From Alkalispirochaeta sp. (GTDB lineage: Bacteria > Spirochaetota > Spirochaetia > DSM-27196 > Alkalispirochaetaceae), in the NCBI GenBank assembly GCA_965601925.1, contig OZ271854.1:2400001-2464000 (forward strand): a stretch of 64,000 bases of DNA, given 5' to 3'. Under the pieces are notes generated by a model, which worked only from the letters and a program-made list of their open reading frames with translations, made no database searches and had not been told where the DNA came from. Position numbers and translations under genes: made by a program. This document shows, piece after piece, positions 57,967-64,000 of the stretch. Numbering within the stretch: the stretch's first letter is position 1; each line of letters opens with the position of its first letter.

Positions 57967-58889
57967 TGACGGTAGGATTTATCGGCCTCGGCGCCATGGG
58001 CCTGCCTATGGCGCACAACGTAGCCGAAGCGGGACATACGTTGCGTATCATGCGCCATCGAAGAGCCGAGCCGGTCCGCGCCCTCGAATCGCGCGGAGCG
58101 GTCGTGTGTCGCTCCGTGGCCGAGGTGGCCGACGGCGCCGATGCGGTCATAACGGTGCTTCCCGCCGACGAGGAGCTCTCGAGCGTGCTGGACGGCTCCG
58201 ACGGTCTTGCCGCCCGGATGCAGGCCGGCCAAGCGCTCATTGACATGACGACCGCGAAGCCGGCGACGCTCCTCCGGTTCGCGCCGACCCTGTCGGATCG
58301 CGGCGTCGCACTCCTCGACGCCCCGGTCAGCGGCGGTACCACCGCGGCGCACGACGGTACCTTGACGATTATCGCCGGAACGACCGAGCGGGAGCTCGAA
58401 CGGTGGAGACCGCTCTTGGAGACCATGGGGACTCGTATCTTCCACGTGGGCTCGCCGGGACAGGGTAAGGTGTTCAAGATCGTAAATCAGCTGTTGGCCG
58501 CGATACACCTCCTAGCGATCGGAGAGGCCTTCGGACTCGGCGTCAAGCTCGGTGCCGACCCACGGAACTTGAAGGACGTTATATCGGCCTCTTCGGGATA
58601 CTCGAGAATGATGGATCTACGCCTGGACGGCTTTCTGCTCGACGGTACGTTTGAACCGGGGTTCACCCTGGACCTTATGAAGAAGGATATCCGGCTCGCC
58701 GTGGAGAGCGCACACTCCGCTCGTATGGCGGCGCCCCTCGCGTCCCAGGTACACGAGATATATCTGGCCGCGTCGACTGCGGGATTCGGGGCGCTCGACT
58801 TTTCGAAGGCTGCGGCGGTCCTCGCGTCGGTCGAAGGTTCTCCGTTCGGAGCGTCGGACGGAGCACGCACGGACACCCCGCAGGCTTAG
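57966..58889 (+). CDS. Beta-hydroxyacid dehydrogenase (GarR/3-hydroxyisobutyrate dehydrogenase family)
   Basis: GFIGLGAMG.PMA, DAPVSGG, KIVNQ, F.L.LM.KD; TAATG coupling to rpiB. Confidence 0.92.
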   Translation: MTVGFIGLGAMGLPMAHNVAEAGHTLRIMRHRRAEPVRALESRGAVVCRSVAEVADGADAVITVLPADEELSSVLDGSDGLAARMQAGQALIDMTTAKPATLLRFAPTLSDRGVALLDAPVSGGTTAAHDGTLTIIAGTTERELERWRPLLETMGTRIFHVGSPGQGKVFKIVNQLLAAIHLLAIGEAFGLGVKLGADPRNLKDVISASSGYSRMMDLRLDGFLLDGTFEPGFTLDLMKKDIRLAVESAHSARMAAPLASQVHEIYLAASTAGFGALDFSKAAAVLASVEGSPFGASDGARTDTPQA

Positions 58890-58891
58890 GC

Positions 58892-58918
58892 GCCGACGGG
58901 ACGCGTGCACCCGTCGGC
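58892..58918 (+). terminator. Stem-loop at the operon end (weak terminator candidate)
   Basis: GCCGACGGG-N9-CCCGTCGGC just after the stop; poor U-tract. Confidence 0.45.
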
Positions 58919-59190
58919 TCTACTCGATGGCGGTCTACATCTCGTTCCGGCACCGACCGGTTTGAGTCGCCGCGCCTTGCGCGCGCCACGAATGCAACGC
59001 AGTTATGTATACTCGACGGGGATGTGTTGACCCTATTACACACCACTCGGAAGGGAGTCGGGGTGCGAACTCAAAGACGTTGTACAAAGTCGGGGACGAA
59101 CGGTCTGTCGAGCGATCTACCTCGGACGCGGTGCTGTCGCATCGGGCTCGTGGTGCGGGACGCGGCCTGTGCGCGCGGTGAGGTGCCTCC

Positions 59191-60138
59191 GTGGGCGGGT
59201 TGAGAACGCTGGTCACCGGAGGTGCGGGGTTCATCGGCAGCCACCTCTGTAAGCGTCTGTTGGACGACGGGGATGAGGTACTGTGCGTAGACAATTTTTT
59301 TTCGGGAAGACGGCAAAATATCATTCCCTTGCTCCGATCGGACCGTTTTGAACCGATGCGCCACGATGTAACCTTTCCGCTCTATGTAGAGGTGGATCGT
59401 ATTTTCAACTTGGCGTGTCCGGCGAGTCCGATCTACTATCAAAAAGATCCCGTGCAGACCATCAAAGCGAGCGTCGTCGGAAGCATCAACATGCTCGGCT
59501 TGGCCAAACGTCTGAACATACCGATTCTGCAGGCGTCGACCAGCGAGGTGTACGGCGATCCCGAGGTCCATCCGCAGCCCGAGGATTACTGGGTACACGT
59601 GAACCCTCTCGGCCCGCGATCGTGTTACGACGAGGGAAAGCGGTGCGCCGAGACGCTCTTTTTCGACTACCATCGCCAAAACGACGTCGCCGTCAAAGTC
59701 GCCCGTATCTTCAACACATACGGCCCCCATATGCGCATCGATGACGGTCGTGTGATGAGTAACTTCGCGGTTCAGGCGCTTCGGGGAGACGACATTACGG
59801 TCTACGGGAACGGTGAGCAGACGCGATCATTCTGTTACATCGACGACCTCATAACCGGTCTGGTCGCGATGATGGAAACCCCGCGGGACGTCGTCGGTCC
59901 GCTGAATCTCGGCAACCCTGCGGAGACGACCATCCGGGACCTTGCCCGCACCATCGTGGACCTGACCGAGTCGAAGTCCCGGATTACGTTTCACCCCCTT
60001 CCCGCCGACGACCCCACGCGGCGCCGACCGGATATCACGCGAGCCCGAACGCTCCTTAACTGGGAGCCGGTCGTAGGACTCACGGAGGGTATTGCGCGCT
60101 CTCTGGACTATTTCAAAGCGCAGGTCCGCAGTGCGTGA
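59191..60138 (+). CDS. UDP-glucuronate decarboxylase (UDP-xylose synthase) family SDR
   Basis: [47 protein letters not shown]. Confidence 0.93.
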   Translation: MGGLRTLVTGGAGFIGSHLCKRLLDDGDEVLCVDNFFSGRRQNIIPLLRSDRFEPMRHDVTFPLYVEVDRIFNLACPASPIYYQKDPVQTIKASVVGSINMLGLAKRLNIPILQASTSEVYGDPEVHPQPEDYWVHVNPLGPRSCYDEGKRCAETLFFDYHRQNDVAVKVARIFNTYGPHMRIDDGRVMSNFAVQALRGDDITVYGNGEQTRSFCYIDDLITGLVAMMETPRDVVGPLNLGNPAETTIRDLARTIVDLTESKSRITFHPLPADDPTRRRPDITRARTLLNWEPVVGLTEGIARSLDYFKAQVRSA

Positions 60139-60180
60139 GGCGTCACATCGTTCACGGCGGCGCGGCCGCCGCCCCTACGC

Positions 60181-61989
60181 CTAATCGTTGATCGGCTTGT
60201 CGCGTCCCGCCTCGAGCGGATTTTTTGCTTCGTACGGAGAGAGGTAGATCCGCGGCTTGGGTCTCACCACGAGCTCCTCGCACACTCGCGCCGTCCGCAG
60301 CAAGAGCGCCTCATGCCAGTGGCGCGCCATAAACTGCAACCCGACCGGCACCTGGGAATACACCGTGCCGTCCTCATCTTTCTCCTCGACGGTGTGCCAG
60401 AAATGGCGGCTTCTGGCCGTGATGAAACCGGCGGGGACGGTTACCGCCGGGTATCCCAGCATGTTGGCCGGTATCGCGAAACGCGTCGTTTCGGTCAAAG
60501 AGTGGAGATCCGACACGCCGGACAACAGGCGCTCGCGATTGAGGCGCGGCGGCAGGTTGGCCGTCGTCGGGGTTGCGATGAGATCCACGGAGTCGAAGAC
60601 GGCCTCGAAGTGTGTAAAGAGGCGCGTGCGAATTTGTTGCGCCTTGATGTAGTCGGTGGTGGTGATGTAACGCGCAAGGGCAAGGTTGACCCGCGTTTCG
60701 CTCCCGAAGTCGCTCCGGTGATCGGCGTAGTATCGGTCCATCGCCGAACGCATTTCGGAGGTGATGGTAATGAGATGCGCGACTCGCAGCGCCTCCAGAT
60801 CGGGGATCTCCACGTGAACGAGAACGGCTCCCTTGTCCTGTAACGCCCGTAGGAACTCGCGCGCGGTCTGGACGACCTCCTTGCGGGCGTGGTCGAACCA
60901 CTTGTCGAATACGCCGATCCTCAATCCCTCGACTCCTTCGAGGAAGCCGTCGAGTGTGGGGAGAGGCTGCGCAACTGAGTGGGGGTCCGCCGGATCGGGG
61001 CCGGCCATCGTCATATAGGCGAGGGCGAGGTCGCGCGCGTTGCCCGCGATGGGACCCGCGTTGGCGACGGTGCGCGCCAGGGGAAACTCACCGCGCGCGC
61101 CGTGGCGTCCCCACGTCATCTTGAGGCCGAATACGCCGCAGTACGCCGAGGGAATGCGTACCGAACCGCCGCCGTCGGCGCCGATCGCAATCGGACAGAT
61201 ACCCGACGCCACCGCGCCGGCGCTTCCCGACGACGAGCCGCCGGGATATCGCCACGGCGCATACGGATTGACCGGCGTGCCGTGAAACGGATTGAGACCC
61301 GTTACTCCCATGCCGATCTCGTGCATGTTGGTCTTGCCGAGAATCAGCGCCCCGGCCTCCCGTAGGCGCGCAACGATCCACGCGTCCTCGTCGGCCCGCT
61401 CGGTACTGAGAAAGCTCGTTCCCAACGACGTACAGTGACCCGCCACGTCGAACTCATCTTTCACGGCGATCGGTACGCCCTCGAAGATCGAGCGTGCCGT
61501 TCCCTCGCCGAGGCGACGGACCGACTCCGCCGCCTGATGGCGAATCTCATCGGCGTTCCAACTCACAAACGCGTACAACGGCGGGTTGCCGCGATCCTGA
61601 TGTTCCAGGACGTGGATGACCCGCTCGGCGACCGTCTCGGGAGAGAGCGACCCGTCACGATAGGAGCGTGCGTAGTCGGCGACCGACGGAAAGACGTAGC
61701 TGTCCGGTGGACGATACGTCGTGCCGATATGCTCGAGAATCTCCACATCCGGCGCGGGAGCGGGCTCGGCGGCGACCGCTCGCTCCGTTCCGACGGGAGT
61801 CGAGCTCGGGGGATACCACGTCGCCGGCTCCGAGGGCGTGCGCTCACGAAACCGGTCAACCGCCACACGACGCAGAAAGGAGGGTGCCAGCATCCTCCCG
61901 GTCACGCGATGCTCCATCAACCAAGCCAGAAACAACAGGCGCGCCCCTTCGATTCGCGGCGCATGAATCGTCTTGAGGTCATATATCAT
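60181..61989 (-). CDS. Amidase-signature enzyme, fatty acid amide hydrolase-like
   Basis: VKDE, GGSSSGS, DGGGSVRIP triad motifs; long N-terminal extension YDLKTIHAPRIEG. Confidence 0.9.
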   Translation of the reverse strand: MIYDLKTIHAPRIEGARLLFLAWLMEHRVTGRMLAPSFLRRVAVDRFRERTPSEPATWYPPSSTPVGTERAVAAEPAPAPDVEILEHIGTTYRPPDSYVFPSVADYARSYRDGSLSPETVAERVIHVLEHQDRGNPPLYAFVSWNADEIRHQAAESVRRLGEGTARSIFEGVPIAVKDEFDVAGHCTSLGTSFLSTERADEDAWIVARLREAGALILGKTNMHEIGMGVTGLNPFHGTPVNPYAPWRYPGGSSSGSAGAVASGICPIAIGADGGGSVRIPSAYCGVFGLKMTWGRHGARGEFPLARTVANAGPIAGNARDLALAYMTMAGPDPADPHSVAQPLPTLDGFLEGVEGLRIGVFDKWFDHARKEVVQTAREFLRALQDKGAVLVHVEIPDLEALRVAHLITITSEMRSAMDRYYADHRSDFGSETRVNLALARYITTTDYIKAQQIRTRLFTHFEAVFDSVDLIATPTTANLPPRLNRERLLSGVSDLHSLTETTRFAIPANMLGYPAVTVPAGFITARSRHFWHTVEEKDEDGTVYSQVPVGLQFMARHWHEALLLRTARVCEELVVRPKPRIYLSPYEAKNPLEAGRDKPIND

Positions 61990-62097
61990 GCGAATCCCCC
62001 GCTCCATTATTGGCCAGGGTTTGCCGGAAGACAAGCGGGTTCCCCGCGCATCGACGCGAAAAAGGTCCTCTTTCCGCCCCCCTTCCCGTACGCGGAT

Positions 62098-63336
62098 TTA
62101 CTCCCGGTATGCGATGTCCACGCAGAGGATCAGCTCGCGACCGGCAGAGGAACGAATGCGACGGGACCACGTCCGACACAGCGAGCCGGTCGCCAACGAG
62201 AGGTAGGGTTCGGTGACGTATCGACGATGGCCGAGGGCGAGCGGCGCGTACACGTAGTCCTTCAAGCTGTGGTCGGTACCCTTTTCGGCCGGTTGGAAGA
62301 TCGCGTGTCGTTGCACCGGACGTTGCGTGTGACGCGTCACGATCGTGCGAGTGATTTGCACTCCCCGATCATCGATCACGTAGATGCATTCGAACGTATC
62401 GTACCGATCCGCCTCCCGTTCGGCTACACGCTCGATATCGCCGTCCTCGGCGCGCTCAAGACGCTCGGCCAACGCCTCCACCTCCTCTTCCACCGCCCGG
62501 CTCGATGCGTTGAGCGAGGAGAGCCGCTCTCTAAGATCGGTGCCCAACTGCGAGAGGCTCCCATACGCCGGCTCTCGCCGTTGCGCCTCGGTAACGGTGG
62601 GTTGAGGCCGCCCGAGAAGATACCCCTGGGCCAACTCCACCCCCTCGACGGCGCACGCCAAGAGGTCCTCGTAGACCTCGACACCTTCGGCCAGACTCAG
62701 TGCGCCGATCGTCCGAGCGAGATACGCTATCGATCGCAGGACCGATCGCTTAACGGGATTCTGGGCGGTGCCGGAGACGATCGAGCGATCGATCTTGATA
62801 ATGTCGGGTCGCACGATGGTGACGCGCTCGAGATTCGAGTGTTTCGTCCCGAAGTCGTCCAGACCGATGAGAAATCCCGCTTCCCGGTTACGACGGGCGA
62901 ATCCGGCCAACTCATCTTGGCTCCGTACGCCCGACTCCACAATCTCGATGGCGACGCTTCCTTCGCGGAGTCCGTAGTCACGAATCGTCGACGACAATCG
63001 TCCCGGATCGAGCTGCCCGCTGTCCAGCAACGTCGCCGAAAAGTTGAGAAACAGAACCAAGTCGTCGGTACGTGCCGCGTGGGAAAAGCGCTCGACCGCC
63101 ACCGATCGCGCCTTACGTTCCAACTCCAACAGAAGGCCCTCGTGCCGAGCGTGTTCCAGAAGCGTCTCCGGAGCGAGGATGTCGCCTCGGGAGGTGATCG
63201 GCCGCATCAGCGCCTCGACGCCGACGACGCGACCGGTACGCAGATTGAATACGGGCTGAAAGTAGCTGGTCAGCTCGGCGACGTCGGCTCGGTGCTCAAG
63301 ATCGGATAGGCGGCGATCGGCCTGCGTTTCGTTCAC
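62098..63336 (-). CDS. EAL-domain c-di-GMP phosphodiesterase with YkuI-like C-terminal domain
   Basis: FQP, EALMR, FLN, EIVE, LDDFG, IKID, AEGVE, QGY; C-terminal TEPYLSLATG..C.T. Confidence 0.92.
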   Translation of the reverse strand: MNETQADRRLSDLEHRADVAELTSYFQPVFNLRTGRVVGVEALMRPITSRGDILAPETLLEHARHEGLLLELERKARSVAVERFSHAARTDDLVLFLNFSATLLDSGQLDPGRLSSTIRDYGLREGSVAIEIVESGVRSQDELAGFARRNREAGFLIGLDDFGTKHSNLERVTIVRPDIIKIDRSIVSGTAQNPVKRSVLRSIAYLARTIGALSLAEGVEVYEDLLACAVEGVELAQGYLLGRPQPTVTEAQRREPAYGSLSQLGTDLRERLSSLNASSRAVEEEVEALAERLERAEDGDIERVAEREADRYDTFECIYVIDDRGVQITRTIVTRHTQRPVQRHAIFQPAEKGTDHSLKDYVYAPLALGHRRYVTEPYLSLATGSLCRTWSRRIRSSAGRELILCVDIAYRE

Positions 63337-63352
63337 GATTCGATGATGCGAC

Positions 63353-64000
63353 TCACGCGATCACGACGCGGCGGCCGTCACGGAGACTCGTTTGGAGTGC
63401 TTCCATGAGCGCTACGTCGTTCCGCGCCTTCTCGGGAGTATAGCGACCCGGCCGCCGGTCGGCGAGGACAAGGCCGACCTCTTCCCACATGGTGATACTC
63501 TCATTCTTCCACTCGACGCTGTGTACGGATGTCTCGCCGCTTCGGGCATCGATCCGCGTGATCGCGCGGTCGGAGCACTCGAGCGCGCCGGTCGTGCCGT
63601 GAATAACGAACGAGTTACCCTGGCGACCGAGACTCGCCGAATGCGAGAAAGTACCCTGAATACCACCGGGATACTCGATGACCATCGATAAGAGATCTAC
63701 CTCGCCGAACCCTTCTCGGAGCGATCGACCTCGGCCGTAGATCGCCTCGGCGGGGCCGAACAGTTCCTGCATAAGCGCGATCTCGTGGATACCGCCGTCG
63801 AAGAAGTTTCCCAACGGATAGTCGGGCTCGACCCGCCAGCGCGTCTTTCCGTACCCGCCGGTCTGGTCGTCCGTCTCGGCGATGCGTACGTGCAGCGAGC
63901 GCTCGAAACTCACCACCTCGCCGATCTCGTCGGCGTCGATGAGTGACCGCACGGCCCCTATCACGCTCTTGTGAACGTGCTGCTCGAGAATGTAGAGAAC
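63353..64000 (-). CDS. Gfo/Idh/MocA family oxidoreductase (5' end beyond the window)
   Basis: IGEV, WR...GNFFDGGIHEI, IHGTTG; frame stays open to the window edge. Confidence 0.85.
   Translation of the reverse strand, partial: VLYILEQHVHKSVIGAVRSLIDADEIGEVVSFERSLHVRIAETDDQTGGYGKTRWRVEPDYPLGNFFDGGIHEIALMQELFGPAEAIYGRGRSLREGFGEVDLLSMVIEYPGGIQGTFSHSASLGRQGNSFVIHGTTGALECSDRAITRIDARSGETSVHSVEWKNESITMWEEVGLVLADRRPGRYTPEKARNDVALMEALQTSLRDGRRVVIA

Noticed and set aside
62013..62026. Minus-strand GGCAAACC between the EAL and amidase genes as a c-di-GMP riboswitch
   Set aside because: Too close to the amidase start and the rest of the aptamer is missing.
61435..63309. 624-aa plus-strand ORF
   Set aside because: Antisense shadow of the amidase and EAL genes; no motifs; long shadow ORFs are expected at this GC content.

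Overview
GC-rich bacterial window, probably from a free-living anaerobic spirochaete. This is an inference from gene content and style ('AAGGAEE'-type solute-binding protein leader, Cache-domain chemoreceptor, DUF4914-like gene, [FeFe] hydrogenase). It holds about 52 protein genes; I saw no rRNA, tRNA, CRISPR array, integrase or transposase. From left to right: a TetR gene with a small palindrome-defined regulon and a decayed second tetR copy; a YtrA-GntR/SPFH/LolCDE-like export operon; a trimeric [FeFe] hydrogenase whose NuoF-like subunit is fused to a GltD/NfnB-like domain; MCP, pncB, ferredoxin and a DUF4914-like gene; a lower-GC three-gene island; maeB and other housekeeping genes; a probably leaderless tetR-fabF pair beside a short palindromic tandem repeat; several regulator/detoxification genes; a three-gene ketosynthase cluster; a GntR-controlled sugar ABC catabolic operon containing an ADP-ribosylglycohydrolase-family gene; and UXS, an FAAH-like amidase and an EAL protein. 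The best candidate for an undescribed system is the lower-GC island at 21448-25460. It encodes a BchE-like B12 radical SAM enzyme, a PAP2-like/phytol-kinase-like fusion protein and an inositol-monophosphatase homologue with an altered active site, which together suggest a lipid or isoprenoid modification pathway. Next are the unknown-protein/DarB-like KAS III/FMO cluster (45492-49190) and the GltD-fused hydrogenase. All family calls come from motif recognition by eye; no searches were run.
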